Assembly (NCBI GenBank): GCA_016869275.1
Contig: VGEO01000006.1
Coordinates: forward strand, 8,251-72,250
Direction: 5' to 3'
DNA: 64,000 nt
Origin: Alphaproteobacteria bacterium
GTDB lineage: Bacteria > Pseudomonadota > Alphaproteobacteria > SHVV01
The translations under genes and the position numbers were made by a program. A model generated the notes under the pieces. The model saw nothing but the letters and a program-made list of their open reading frames with translations, made no database searches and had not been told where the DNA came from. Positions 1 through 9,378 of the stretch are shown one piece after another. Numbering within the stretch: position 1 is the first letter of the stretch; each line of letters opens with the position of its first letter.

Positions 1-310
1 TCGCTGCCGCCGGCACGTGATGCAGCGACTTCGAGAAAAAAACCCCGTCCTGGCTCCGGGCCGCGGCCGGAATGGCCTGCGCCGGCGCGTTGGCGAAGAT
101 GACGCCGGTAACCGGCGCGGCGGCCGCGTTCTTGGCGGCTTGGATCGGGTCGGGTTCGATCGCCAGCACGTCGGCGCCCCGCGCCGCCAACGCCCGCGCC
201 AAGTCGCCGGCGCCACAGCCGGCGTCGACCACCGCGCGACCGGCGATCTCGACCAGGCGGTCGATCACCGCGAGATCGTTACTATCGCCGAGATCCTGGA
301 TCGCGGTCAT
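1..310 (-). CDS. Class I SAM-dependent methyltransferase, partial (3' end runs off window start)
   Basis: Open at the window edge, so absent from the ORF track. My minus-strand translation from ATG 310-308 gives MTAIQDLGDSNDLAVIDRLVEIAGRAVVDAGCGAGDLARALAARGADVLAIEPD..., which contains the VDxGCGxG SAM-binding motif. Its start overlaps the amidase stop as ATGA (307-310). Confidence 0.6.
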   Translation of the reverse strand, partial: MTAIQDLGDSNDLAVIDRLVEIAGRAVVDAGCGAGDLARALAARGADVLAIEPDPIQAAKNAAAAPVTGVIFANAPAQAIPAAARSQDGVFFSKSLHHVPAAA

Positions 311-1707
311 GCCAGTACCGGGCGCCGGCGGTACCAGTCGTGCGCCTGCTCGTAGGCGTGCGCCGCGCGCAATACTTTGGCATCGCCGTGGAGCGGTCCG
401 ACGATCTGGAGTCCGACCGGCAGACCGCTCTTGGTGAAGCCGCACGGCACGCTGATCGCCGGTTGCTTGGTCAGGTTGAAGACATAGGTGAACGGCGTCC
501 ACGCCAACCAGTTGGTGGGATCGCTTCCCGCCGGCGACAACTGACCGACCGGGAATGGCGGCACCGCGAGCGTCGGCAGGACGAGAAGATCGTAGGTTTG
601 GTGGTAAGCGCTCATGAACTGCGCCAGGCTCTGGCGCCCGACCGCCGCCACCTGAAAGTCGAACAAAGAGAGCTCGTTGCCGAGCTCGGCGGTCCGCACG
701 AACCCCTCCTCGACCAGCTTCTGCTGGTCAGGTGTAAGGTTCTTGATCGCGAACGAAGCGCCCGCGCACCAATGGGTCCAGAAGATCGGGGTTGGATCGG
801 GAATGCCGGGATCGGTCTCATCGACATCGGCACCGAGGTCGGAAAGACGCTCCGCCGCGGCCGCGACGATCGCGGCGACGTCGGGATCAACGTTGGCGTA
901 GCCGAGCGCCGGGCTGAACGCGATCCGCATACCTTTCACGCCACCCTCGAGACCTTGGCTGAAGTCGCTGCTCGCATCGGCTAGCGACTCCCAGTCGCGC
1001 GCATCCGGTCCGCGGGTCGCGGTCAGCAGCAGTGCGACATCGGCGACGGTGCGGGCCATCGGGCAGTGATTGGCGAGCGACCCGAACGGGCTCACCGGGT
1101 AGACCGGGATGCGACCGCCGGTCGCTTTGAATCCGACCACGTTCGAGAAGCTCGCCGGGATACGGATCGAGCCGCCGCCATCGGTACCGAGCGCGAGCTG
1201 GCTCATGCCCGCAGCGACGCCGGCCGCCGCGCCGCCCGACGATCCGCCCGGCGTGAGCCCGACGTTCCACGGATTGCGGGTGATGCCGAACAGGGCCGAA
1301 TCGGTCACGCCCTTCCACCCCATCTCGGGCGTATTGGTCTTGCCGAGGATGACGGCACCGTGCTTCCGGATACGCTCGACGATCGGCGCGTCCTCGGCCG
1401 GGCGCTGGTTGGGGTCGGTCGTACGCGAGCCGCGGCGGAACGGCACGCCTTTCATCATGATCGTGTCTTTGACCGTGGTCGGAACGCCGTCGAGCAGTCC
1501 GAGCGGCGCTTTGCGCTGCCAGCGGGCCTCCGACTCCTTGGCCGCGGCCAATGCCGCTTCGTCGTCGCGGTAGCAAAACGCGTTGACGCGCGGCTCCCAC
1601 GCCGCGGCCCGCGCGAGCGCCGCTTTGGTCGCTTCGACCGGCGAGACGCGCCCGGTTCGGTAGGCCGCCACCAGATCGACGGCGGAGAGATCGGCTAAGT
1701 CGGACAC
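307..1707 (-). CDS. Amidase (amidase-signature family, GatA-like)
   Basis: 466-aa ORF. It has the Gly/Ser-rich signature GGSSGGAAAGVAAGMSQLALGTDGGGSIRIPASF plus an upstream Lys (VKDTIMMKG), matching the Ser-cisSer-Lys family. Confidence 0.9.
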   Translation of the reverse strand: MSDLADLSAVDLVAAYRTGRVSPVEATKAALARAAAWEPRVNAFCYRDDEAALAAAKESEARWQRKAPLGLLDGVPTTVKDTIMMKGVPFRRGSRTTDPNQRPAEDAPIVERIRKHGAVILGKTNTPEMGWKGVTDSALFGITRNPWNVGLTPGGSSGGAAAGVAAGMSQLALGTDGGGSIRIPASFSNVVGFKATGGRIPVYPVSPFGSLANHCPMARTVADVALLLTATRGPDARDWESLADASSDFSQGLEGGVKGMRIAFSPALGYANVDPDVAAIVAAAAERLSDLGADVDETDPGIPDPTPIFWTHWCAGASFAIKNLTPDQQKLVEEGFVRTAELGNELSLFDFQVAAVGRQSLAQFMSAYHQTYDLLVLPTLAVPPFPVGQLSPAGSDPTNWLAWTPFTYVFNLTKQPAISVPCGFTKSGLPVGLQIVGPLHGDAKVLRAAHAYEQAHDWYRRRPVLA

Positions 1708-1826
1708 AGGGGCCTCGCGGATCGTGGGGATCGATCAGGGCGTGCGCATTGTCGCCGCAACCCCGGCGCGGCGCAATTGCGGGAGTTGCCGCTTCCGACA
1801 AACCCGATTATCACTCCGGGCGGCGC

Positions 1827-3107
1827 ATGGCGCCTCATTCGACGGGAACGTTCGTGAAAGTCATCGTCCTTGGCGCCGGCGTCATCGGTGTCGCCACCGC
1901 CTACTACCTGCACCGCGACGGGCATGATGTGACCGTGGTCGACCGCCAAAAGGGCGCTGGTCTCGAAACCAGCTTCGCCAATGGCGGGCAGATTTCGTCC
2001 GGGCATTCGGCACCGTGGGCGAGCCCGAACGCCCCGCTCGACATCCTGAAGTCATTCGGCAAGGAGGACGCGCCCCTCATTTTCCGCCTCAAGGCCGATC
2101 CGCAGATGTGGGCGTGGGGCGTTCGTTTCCTGCAGAACTGCACCCCCGGCCGCTACCACCGCAACACGCTCACCAATTTTCGCCTCGCCGCGCACAGCCG
2201 CGACGAGACCAAACGAGTTCGCGCGGATACCGGCATCCGTTACGACCACGGCTCGCAGGGAATCCTCCATATCTTCCGCGAACCCAAACTGTTCGAGCGT
2301 GCCGCCAAGCGCTCGGAAGGGTTTCGCGCCCACGGCGGCGACGAGAAGGTCTTGGACCGCGCCGCTATCCTCAAGCTCGAGCCGGCGCTCGAAACCGCGC
2401 GCGCACCGATCATCGGCGGCGTCCATACGGTCGAGGACGAAACCGGCGACGCGCACAAGTTTACACAGGCGCTCGCGGCCTATCTCGCCGCGCGCGGGGT
2501 CGAATTCCGCTACGAGGCGACGGTAACGGCGATCGAGCGGGCGGATGGACGGATCGCCAGAATCGTGACCGACAAAGGTGCGGTCACGGGCGATGCCTAC
2601 GCGCTTTGCCTCGGGAGCTACACGCCGTTCTTCACCCGCGCGCTCGGCTTCGGCATCCCGGTCTATCCAGTCAAGGGCTACTCGACCACGGTCCCGGTCG
2701 GTGGCGCCAATCGCGCCCCCACCATGAGCGTCACCGACGAGAGCCGAAAGGTCGTGGTGACGCGGCTCGGGAACCGTCTGCGCGCCGCCGGCACCGCCGA
2801 GATCGCCGGCTACGACTTGAACCTCAATCGCGTCCGTGGCGAAGCGGTGCTGGCAATCGTCAAGGAGCTCTACCCCGAGGGCGGGGAGATGGACAAAGCC
2901 GAGTTCTGGTGCGGGCTCCGCCCGATGTCGCCGGACGGACCGCCGATTCTCGGCAAGACCCCCTACGCCAACCTGTTTATCAACGTCGGCCACGGCACGC
3001 TCGGCTGGACGATGGCGTGCGGATCGGGCCATGTGCTGGCCGACGTGGTCGGCGGCAAGCGCCCGGCGATTGCGCTCGACGGCCTCACCCTCGACCGGTT
3101 CGGCTGA
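1827..3107 (+). CDS. dadA: FAD-dependent D-amino-acid dehydrogenase (DadA-like)
   Basis: Track ORF 1749-3107. It has an N-terminal dinucleotide fold (KVIVLGAGVIGVATAYYL), and its length and C-terminal GHGTLGWTMACGSG block are typical of DadA-type enzymes. The start is uncertain: ATG 1827, or GTG 1854 directly before the GxGxxG. Confidence 0.8.
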   Translation: MAPHSTGTFVKVIVLGAGVIGVATAYYLHRDGHDVTVVDRQKGAGLETSFANGGQISSGHSAPWASPNAPLDILKSFGKEDAPLIFRLKADPQMWAWGVRFLQNCTPGRYHRNTLTNFRLAAHSRDETKRVRADTGIRYDHGSQGILHIFREPKLFERAAKRSEGFRAHGGDEKVLDRAAILKLEPALETARAPIIGGVHTVEDETGDAHKFTQALAAYLAARGVEFRYEATVTAIERADGRIARIVTDKGAVTGDAYALCLGSYTPFFTRALGFGIPVYPVKGYSTTVPVGGANRAPTMSVTDESRKVVVTRLGNRLRAAGTAEIAGYDLNLNRVRGEAVLAIVKELYPEGGEMDKAEFWCGLRPMSPDGPPILGKTPYANLFINVGHGTLGWTMACGSGHVLADVVGGKRPAIALDGLTLDRFG

Positions 3108-3192
3108 TCGCGCGACACCGGAGCGTATGACCGACGCGCGTCGGCCCCTATAATCGAGCCGCAGCGCTCCCACCGGAGCGGGGAGAACGCCC

Positions 3193-4011
3193 ATGGGCTA
3201 CACCGTTCGTCGGCTATCCTCGGTCCTCGGCGCCGAGATCGCAGGCATCGACGTCGCTGAGGTCGGCGACAATTTGTTCAACGAGCTTCACCAGGTCTGG
3301 CTCGATCACAACGGTGTCCTGATCTTCCGCGATCAACGATTGACGCCGGAGCAGCACCTCGCCTTCAGCCGCCGCTTCGGCGCGCTGCTTCCGCACAACC
3401 TGCCGGAATTCGAGCTACCGGGGATGCCCGACATCTTCCACTTCCGGATCGATCCCGTCCCCGACGACGTTCCGAAGGAACGTTCGATCCGGAACGGAAG
3501 CGGCTGGCACGCGGCGCACACCTACGAGAAGGAGTTGTCCGGCGCATCGCTTACCTACGCGATCGAAATCGCGCCGCGCGGCGGCGACATGTTCTTCGCC
3601 AACACGACGGCGGCTTACGAGGCGCTGTCGGCGCCGATCCAGCGAATGCTGGGCGAACTCCGCGCCATTCACCGTCGGGCCGGCGCACTCGTCCATAAGG
3701 ACGGTGACGATGTGTGGGCCGAACACCCGGTCGTCTACCGGCATCCCGAGACCGGCCGCGCCGCTCTGTTCGTCAATCCGTCGTTCACCTCCGAGATCGT
3801 CGGGTTGAGCGCCGACGAGAGCAAGGCGATCCTGGGCTTCCTGTTTCAACACACGGCGCGCCCCGAGTTCACCTACCGCCACAATTGGCGCATCAACGAC
3901 CTGCTGGTCTGGGACGATCGCTGCAACCTGCACTATCACTTGAGCGACTACACCGGCGGCGGTCGCGTCGTCTTGAATCGGACCAGCGCCAGCGCGGCCG
4001 GACGGATTTAG
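3193..4011 (+). CDS. TauD/TfdA-family Fe(II)/2-oxoglutarate dioxygenase-like protein with a non-canonical metal motif
   Basis: 272-aa ORF that aligns by eye along its length with E. coli TauD (LTPEQHLAFSRRFG, GGDMFFANTTAAYEALS, HPVVYRHPETGRAALFVN, WDDRCNLHY, RVVLNRTS). The first iron motif reads WHAAH instead of WH[ST]D. Confidence 0.85.
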   Translation: MGYTVRRLSSVLGAEIAGIDVAEVGDNLFNELHQVWLDHNGVLIFRDQRLTPEQHLAFSRRFGALLPHNLPEFELPGMPDIFHFRIDPVPDDVPKERSIRNGSGWHAAHTYEKELSGASLTYAIEIAPRGGDMFFANTTAAYEALSAPIQRMLGELRAIHRRAGALVHKDGDDVWAEHPVVYRHPETGRAALFVNPSFTSEIVGLSADESKAILGFLFQHTARPEFTYRHNWRINDLLVWDDRCNLHYHLSDYTGGGRVVLNRTSASAAGRI

Positions 4012-4015
4012 GTCG

Positions 4016-4249
4016 ATGCGCAAGGGGCCGGGGTCGGTCGCCGTCGCAGCTAGTGCGATCCTGCGCGGGGTACGCGCCGCGGTCGCCGGGGCCGCGCTCG
4101 CGATCGTGGCCGGTTGCGAGCTGCCGCAGGGCCTGCGCGAAGAATACATGTTCAAGGACTGGCTCGAGCCCTCGCGCGCGCCCCGGATCGTTAAACACGA
4201 CCCGTACGGCAACGCGGTGGTCCCGCCCGAGGAGCGGCGCGCGCGTTAG
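4016..4249 (+). CDS. Small putative lipoprotein (77 aa)
   Basis: ATG lies 5 nt after the TauD-like stop. The N-terminus MRKGPGSVAVAASAILRGVRAAVAGAALAIVAGC ends in a lipobox-like IVAG|C. No family recognised. Confidence 0.45.
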   Translation: MRKGPGSVAVAASAILRGVRAAVAGAALAIVAGCELPQGLREEYMFKDWLEPSRAPRIVKHDPYGNAVVPPEERRAR

Positions 4250-4333
4250 CGCGTTCCGCTCGACCCCGTTCCCCCCTCCCCCTTCAAAGCTGGAACAGGG
4301 CGACGAGCGGCGCAAGCGGCCGGAGGATCGTGT

Positions 4334-5500
4334 TCAAGAATCGCGGCGCCGGCGCGAGGGCCCGAACGGGACCGCGAGCACCGTTGAGACCAGATCGGTC
4401 TGCCGGGTCGTCCCGGTCTTGGCGAAAATCTGCCGGAGCTGGGTTCGCGCTGTCTCGCGGCTGATCTTGAACGCCTTGGCCGCGTCTTCGATGCGCCGGC
4501 CGGCCGCCTGCGCGGCGACGAGGCGCGCTTCGGCCGCGGTCAGGCCGTAGAGCCGTTGCAGCGGCTCGACCGGCACCGTCGGCTCGGCTTCGGGATCGTT
4601 GATCATGACGATCGCGCCGGCCCGCGGCAGCGCGAACGCAACCGCCGCCCACGACGAAATCGGGCTGACCAGCACGGCGTAGCTGCGCAGCCCGGTGCGG
4701 CGGGCGACCTGGAGAACGCCCCCCGCATCGAAGTCGCTTCCGGCGGTGTTACCCGCCGAGCCCGCGATCGTCCGGCGCAGCCGCACGTTATCGGCCGGGC
4801 GCAACGCTTTGATTTCGCCGCTCTTGACGGCAAGGCCATCGGCCTTGGCCAGCAGCGCGTCGGCTGCCGCATTCATGTCGACGACGTTGGCGCTGCCGTC
4901 GACGATGACGACCGCGGTCTTAACATGATCGAGCGCCCGGCTCAGGCCCTCGCTATAGGCACGCGCCCATTGCTGGCGCCCGGCAACCTGCATCGCGCGC
5001 CGGAGGTGGGGGATGATCGCGGTGAACGTTTGCTCGTTCGCCGCGTCGAACGCGGGTCCGCGCAGGCTACGGTGCACGCCGATCCCAGCGAGCAAGGTTT
5101 CGTTGTTGATGGTGGCGCAGCCGATCGTCTCGCGCAGCCGATAGCGCGGCGTGAATTCGGCGTAGAACGGATCCCGCTTCATCTTGGCGGACGCCATGAC
5201 GCGCTGGTCGGTGATCAACGATCCGGCATGGCGCGGCAGCGCGTAGGCGACCCGCGGGTCGATGACGAAGAACCGGCTCCGGTATTCCCGCACCATCGCA
5301 TCGGAAATGTTGTAGCCGGCAGTATGGATGAGGGTGCCGTCGGCCTTCTCTGCCGAGATCAGGCTGGCCGCGGCGCCGTTGAACATGGAGGCAAGGTCGG
5401 CGAGTACGTCGTCCCATCCACCCGCGTCGGTTGCGGCCCCATAATTCTTGTCAACCAGCGCGTAGATGGCGTCGGTGTTAGGCACTTGCTCGCGAACCAT
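4334..5500 (-). CDS. LuxR-family transcriptional regulator (C-terminal HTH, large uncharacterised N-terminal domain)
   Basis: Track ORF 4334-5554. The C-terminus LTAAEARLVAAQAAGRRIEDAAKAFKISRETARTQLRQIFAKTGTTRQTDLV is a GerE/LuxR HTH. I prefer ATG 5500 (MVREQVPN...) because GGAGAGG lies just upstream. The N-domain does not look like an AHL-binding domain. Confidence 0.85.
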   Translation of the reverse strand: MVREQVPNTDAIYALVDKNYGAATDAGGWDDVLADLASMFNGAAASLISAEKADGTLIHTAGYNISDAMVREYRSRFFVIDPRVAYALPRHAGSLITDQRVMASAKMKRDPFYAEFTPRYRLRETIGCATINNETLLAGIGVHRSLRGPAFDAANEQTFTAIIPHLRRAMQVAGRQQWARAYSEGLSRALDHVKTAVVIVDGSANVVDMNAAADALLAKADGLAVKSGEIKALRPADNVRLRRTIAGSAGNTAGSDFDAGGVLQVARRTGLRSYAVLVSPISSWAAVAFALPRAGAIVMINDPEAEPTVPVEPLQRLYGLTAAEARLVAAQAAGRRIEDAAKAFKISRETARTQLRQIFAKTGTTRQTDLVSTVLAVPFGPSRRRRDS

Positions 5501-5577
5501 TCCACCTCTCCGACGCAACCGCGAACGGCTCGGCGCATCGTATCCGCGCACCATGCGTCAAACGCGACAGTCAAAGC

Positions 5578-5595
5578 ATCACCCGAACGGGTGAT
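5578..5595. promoter_or_regulatory. Perfect 18-bp palindrome ATCACCCGAACGGGTGAT upstream of the LuxR-type gene (candidate operator)
   Basis: Read directly from the sequence: 7-bp arms ATCACCC/GGGTGAT around GAAC, about 80 nt upstream of the preferred LuxR start. It sits in the lowest-GC stretch of the 5501-5880 intergenic region. Confidence 0.4.
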
Positions 5596-5880
5596 GAATG
5601 ATAAATGTCACACCGATTCTCACATCACCGTGAGGACGTCTCGCGCTTATGGTTAAGAGCGCGTGCAGATCGCTTCACCGCGGGCTGCGGCGGGCCACGA
5701 GCGACGACCGGTTATTCTCGCGCGATCGGGACAGACGCGGTTCGTGAACAACCTTCCCGTGAGGCCGGGGCTGCCGCCGCCAATCGAGCGTATGCGGGAA
5801 ACGTCGCGGCCTCTACAAAGCGGCCGAAACCTATGGCTTAATCGCGTGCGCCGCGTAGCGCGGCCGGGTAACCGGGACGC

Positions 5881-6984
5881 TCAGTTCGCCAAGTTATATG
5901 CCTGCACCGCGTTGCCGCCGACCAGCTTGGCGCGATCGGCGGGTGGAAATTTTTCAAACATCTTGGCGACGCGGCTCTGGGCATCGAGGCCGATCGAGCG
6001 GATGTGCGGGAAGTCCGAACCCCAGATGATGCGATCGATGCCGATGTGAGGGATCGCCTTGTCGGCCAAACCGTCGTCGACCATGCCGTGCCAGAACCGG
6101 GTCTTGACGTATTCGCTCGCCCGCCGCTCGAGCTTGGGCAACGGCAGGCGCGCGGCAAAGCTCTCCTGCATCTGGTCGAGCCGCCACATGTAGGTCGGCA
6201 GCCACGAAATCTCGAACTCCGAGAGGATGAACTTCAAGGTCGGAAAACGGTCGAGGATCTTGCCGAAGATGAACTCGTTGGCGACCTCGCCCATCGCCTC
6301 GTAGAGGAGATCGAGCAGCACGCCCGGTGCCGTCTCCTGTTCGTCGCGCGTATGGAAGTGGAGCGGGTCGGGGATGCGGCCGGTAATCGAATGGAGCTGG
6401 ACCGGAAGCTGCATCTCCTGGCAGCGTGCCCAGAATTTATCGTAGACCTTGTCGCGGTAGGGCGGGCCGTCCGCCGGTGCGGTCAGCGGCACGTCGGCGA
6501 CGCGCAGTCCCTTTTTCACCACCCGTTCGACCTCGCGGATCGCCCAGTCGACGTCGCCCATCGGGATCATCGCGACGCCGAACAGCCGCTTGGGATCGTG
6601 CGCGCAATAGTCGGCGAGCCAGTCGTTGAATACGCTGGCGCAGTCCCTGAGCACGCCCTGGTGCGGGTGCTGCATGATCAGGAGCATACGGGTCGCATTC
6701 ATCATCTCGCCGGCGACGTGAGCCTGCTCCTGGAATTGAAGCCGGACCGCTGGGTCCCATCCCGCCGCCTGCATGCCAATCTTCTTGGCCGACTCATCCG
6801 AGCGGCCCATGATCAGCGTTTGGGCACCGCTATAGAAGAAGTTGCCCGCCTTGCCGTTGTACTCCGGCACCGGCCGCGGCGTGAGGTCGCCCCATTTCTT
6901 GAAGATCGTCTTTTCCCACATGTCATTGGGCTCCATGACATGCGAGTCGCCCGAGATCACCTTCAACGCACCGTTACCGCTCAT
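5881..6984 (-). CDS. Amidohydrolase-2 family protein (ACMSD/LigW-type decarboxylase/hydratase fold), paralog 1
   Basis: 367-aa ORF with N-terminal ISGDSHVMEP, SEFEISWLPTYMWRLD and WGSDFPHIRSIGLDA blocks shared with the three other paralogs in the window. Confidence 0.9.
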   Translation of the reverse strand: MSGNGALKVISGDSHVMEPNDMWEKTIFKKWGDLTPRPVPEYNGKAGNFFYSGAQTLIMGRSDESAKKIGMQAAGWDPAVRLQFQEQAHVAGEMMNATRMLLIMQHPHQGVLRDCASVFNDWLADYCAHDPKRLFGVAMIPMGDVDWAIREVERVVKKGLRVADVPLTAPADGPPYRDKVYDKFWARCQEMQLPVQLHSITGRIPDPLHFHTRDEQETAPGVLLDLLYEAMGEVANEFIFGKILDRFPTLKFILSEFEISWLPTYMWRLDQMQESFAARLPLPKLERRASEYVKTRFWHGMVDDGLADKAIPHIGIDRIIWGSDFPHIRSIGLDAQSRVAKMFEKFPPADRAKLVGGNAVQAYNLAN

Positions 6985-7025
6985 GCGACGTTTCTAACCC
7001 TCGAACTACGCTGCCGCCTTCGCGG

Positions 7026-8126
7026 TCAATGAATATTGAAAACGTGCGCGGCATTGCCAGCGACGATGCGCTGACGATCGGCTTCGCTGAAGCTCGCGAA
7101 CATCTTCTTGAGCCGCGGCCGCGCATCGAGCCCGATCGAGCGCACGTGCGGGAAGTCGGACCCCCATAAAATACGATCAAACCCGATCTCGGGGATGGTC
7201 TCGGCGCCGAAGGCGTCGTCGATCATGCCGTGCCAAACGCGCGTGCGCATGTAATCGCTGGCCTTTTCCTTGAGCTTGGGGAGCGGCAGCCGCACGCTCA
7301 TGGCGTCCTGCATATGGTCGAGGCGCCACATGAAGTTCGGAATCCACGAGATTTCGAACTCGCTGCAGATGACCTTGAGTGTGGGGAAGCGGTCGAGGAT
7401 CCCGCCGAAGATGAAGTCGTTGGCGAGGACGCCCATCACCTCGTACATCATCGCGAGCTGGGTACGCGGCGAATCGCCTTGCTCGGCGGGGGTATGGAAG
7501 TGGATCGGGTCAGGGACGCGCCCGGTGATGATGTGGAGCTGGACCGGCATTTCGAGCTCTTGGCACTTGGCCCAAAACGGATCCCAATGCGCCTTGCGGT
7601 AAGGCGGCTGGCCGGGCGGCGCGTAGAGATGGATGTTGACGCAATCGAAGCCGAGCTTCTTGCAGCGCTCGACCTCTTTCAGCGACCAGGCGAGGTCGTC
7701 CATCGCCAACATGCCGACCCCGCGCAGACGGGTCCGGTCGTGGGCGATGAACGCGCCGAGCCAGGTGTTGAATACTTCGCAGCAGGCGCGCAGGCACGCG
7801 TAGTTCGGGTGGCGCATGATCAGCAGCATGAACGTCCCGTTCAGGACCTCGCACGCGATATCGGCTTTTTTCTGGAACTCGACCCGCACCTTGGGGTCCC
7901 AGCCGGCAGCTTGCATGCCGATCTGCTGCGAGCTGGTATCGCTGCCGCCGTAGTTCATGACCTGCCCGCCGGTGTGGAACCAGGTGCCGCTGCGGCCCAT
8001 GAAGTTCTTGATCACCCGCGGCGTATCGTCGCCGAACTTCGCGTAGAGCGGCTTCTCCCACATGTCGACCGGCTCCATGACGTGGGAGTCGGCGGAGATC
8101 ACACCCATCGATTTACTGTCTGACAT
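7026..8126 (-). CDS. Amidohydrolase-2 family protein, paralog 2
   Basis: Track ORF 7026-8555. The homologous region starts at MSDSKSMGVISADSHVMEP (ATG 8126), and the upstream 143 aa are Arg/Ser-rich and unlikely to be coding. Shares the SEFEISWIPNFMWRLD and WGSDFPHVRSIGLDA blocks. Confidence 0.9.
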   Translation of the reverse strand: MSDSKSMGVISADSHVMEPVDMWEKPLYAKFGDDTPRVIKNFMGRSGTWFHTGGQVMNYGGSDTSSQQIGMQAAGWDPKVRVEFQKKADIACEVLNGTFMLLIMRHPNYACLRACCEVFNTWLGAFIAHDRTRLRGVGMLAMDDLAWSLKEVERCKKLGFDCVNIHLYAPPGQPPYRKAHWDPFWAKCQELEMPVQLHIITGRVPDPIHFHTPAEQGDSPRTQLAMMYEVMGVLANDFIFGGILDRFPTLKVICSEFEISWIPNFMWRLDHMQDAMSVRLPLPKLKEKASDYMRTRVWHGMIDDAFGAETIPEIGFDRILWGSDFPHVRSIGLDARPRLKKMFASFSEADRQRIVAGNAAHVFNIH

Positions 8127-8238
8127 CGCCCAATACCTGAACGCGACCGCACGACCGAACGCGGCAGCGCGCCGCGTCCGTCTTACCGGGAAGCGGGTGA
8201 CGCCGTCAATGTTCTGCGCGCCGCGGGAAGGTTCCGAC

Positions 8239-9243
8239 CTAGGCGAGGTACGCCCGCTCGGCGGCCGCAGCCTTGACGATGGCGCCGTGATCGCGCTTGC
8301 GATCGACGAAAAACTCCCAGCGGGTCTTGTCCGGATCGAGCAGGAAAAAGCTCCACTTCGAGCCGTCGTCGACTTCTTTCTCGATCTTGACGCCCTGCTT
8401 CTTGAGCGCCGCCTTGGACGCCGCGAGCGCGGCCTCGCTTTCCAGCTCGAACCCGGCGTGGTGCAAGCCGACTTTCTCGCCCTTGCGCGCCTCGAAGATC
8501 GCGAGATCGTAGCGGCCGATACCGCTCGCGAAGGTGGCATAGGTGCGCTTGGCATCGACGTGGATCGGCTTCAAGCCGGCGACCTCGCTGTAGAAGCGGT
8601 ACGACGTCTCGAAATCGGCGACCGTGAACGCGGCGTGGGTGATGTACTTGGGATGGAGCGGCGCGTCGGCAACACCGTAGAGCCGGGGCTTGGGATCGTA
8701 GCGGACGTCGCTATGGGCCGGTTTCTCGCCCGGGTTCCAGACGCCGGTGATCAGTTCCATCTCGCCCTGGAACATCGAGCGCCAATCCTTCAGGAAGTCG
8801 GCGTAGAACTCGTTCAGATTGCCGTCGGGGTCGGGGATGTAGATCGAGTGCGAAATCTGATGATCGGCGAAGAATCCGATCGGCTGATCGGTCTTCTTCA
8901 GGCGGAAGATCGCGTCGACCAGGACTTTCTCGTTCTCCATCTCCCAGCCGAGGTGAAAGAGCCCGGTCCGGCCCGACATGTCCTTGGGGATCAGAACCTG
9001 GCCGTCGCGACCGAGGCGATCCTCGCCGCGGGTGATCTCGACCGTACCGACATCGTGATGGGTGTTGCCGTTGCCGAGGAACGAGCCCTTGATGCCGGGC
9101 TCGGTCGCCTCGAGGTGGAAGCCCAAGACCTTGTTATAGAACTCGGTGTTCTTCTTGACGTCGCCGACCCACAGGTTGACGTGCCCCAACCGGCGCGGGC
9201 GGAAATTGATCGGTTCCGGCGATTCCACGGCAGCGATAGCCAT
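8239..9243 (-). CDS. Two-domain VOC-superfamily protein (type I extradiol dioxygenase/glyoxalase-like), paralog 1
   Basis: Track ORF 8239-9870. The real start is MAIAAVESPEP at ATG 9243, preceded by AGGAGG. Contains RRLGHVNLWV, GNGNTHHDVG and NEFYAD in the N-module, and THAAF, LHHAGFE and WEFF in the C-module. Confidence 0.85.
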   Translation of the reverse strand: MAIAAVESPEPINFRPRRLGHVNLWVGDVKKNTEFYNKVLGFHLEATEPGIKGSFLGNGNTHHDVGTVEITRGEDRLGRDGQVLIPKDMSGRTGLFHLGWEMENEKVLVDAIFRLKKTDQPIGFFADHQISHSIYIPDPDGNLNEFYADFLKDWRSMFQGEMELITGVWNPGEKPAHSDVRYDPKPRLYGVADAPLHPKYITHAAFTVADFETSYRFYSEVAGLKPIHVDAKRTYATFASGIGRYDLAIFEARKGEKVGLHHAGFELESEAALAASKAALKKQGVKIEKEVDDGSKWSFFLLDPDKTRWEFFVDRKRDHGAIVKAAAAERAYLA

Positions 9244-9315
9244 CGTTCGTCCTCCTGGCGCGAGAAGCGCCGACTCTAACGGAGCCGCCGCGGTCCCGCA
9301 ACGCGGCACCCATTC

Positions 9316-9344
9316 TTGAGGCGCGCACGCAATGCCGCTATAAC
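9316..9344 (+). promoter_or_regulatory. Candidate sigma70-type promoter for the MaoC-PrpD-ACAD-CoA-transferase operon
   Basis: TTGAGG (9316-9321), a 17-nt spacer, then TATAAC (9339-9344), about 35 nt upstream of the start codon. This is pattern matching only. Confidence 0.25.
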
Positions 9345-9378
9345 CCGCGCGCCAATCACGTTCGCCAGGAGGGTACGC

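Noticed and set aside
8127-8555. N-terminal extensions of the amidohydrolase-2 paralog 2 ORF (509 aa) and of the VOC-1 ORF (543 aa, up to 9870).
   Set aside because: The paralogs in the same window define the true N-termini (MSDSKSMGVISADSH and MAIAAVESPEP, the latter with an AGGAGG RBS). The extensions are Arg/Ser-rich and overlap other genes.
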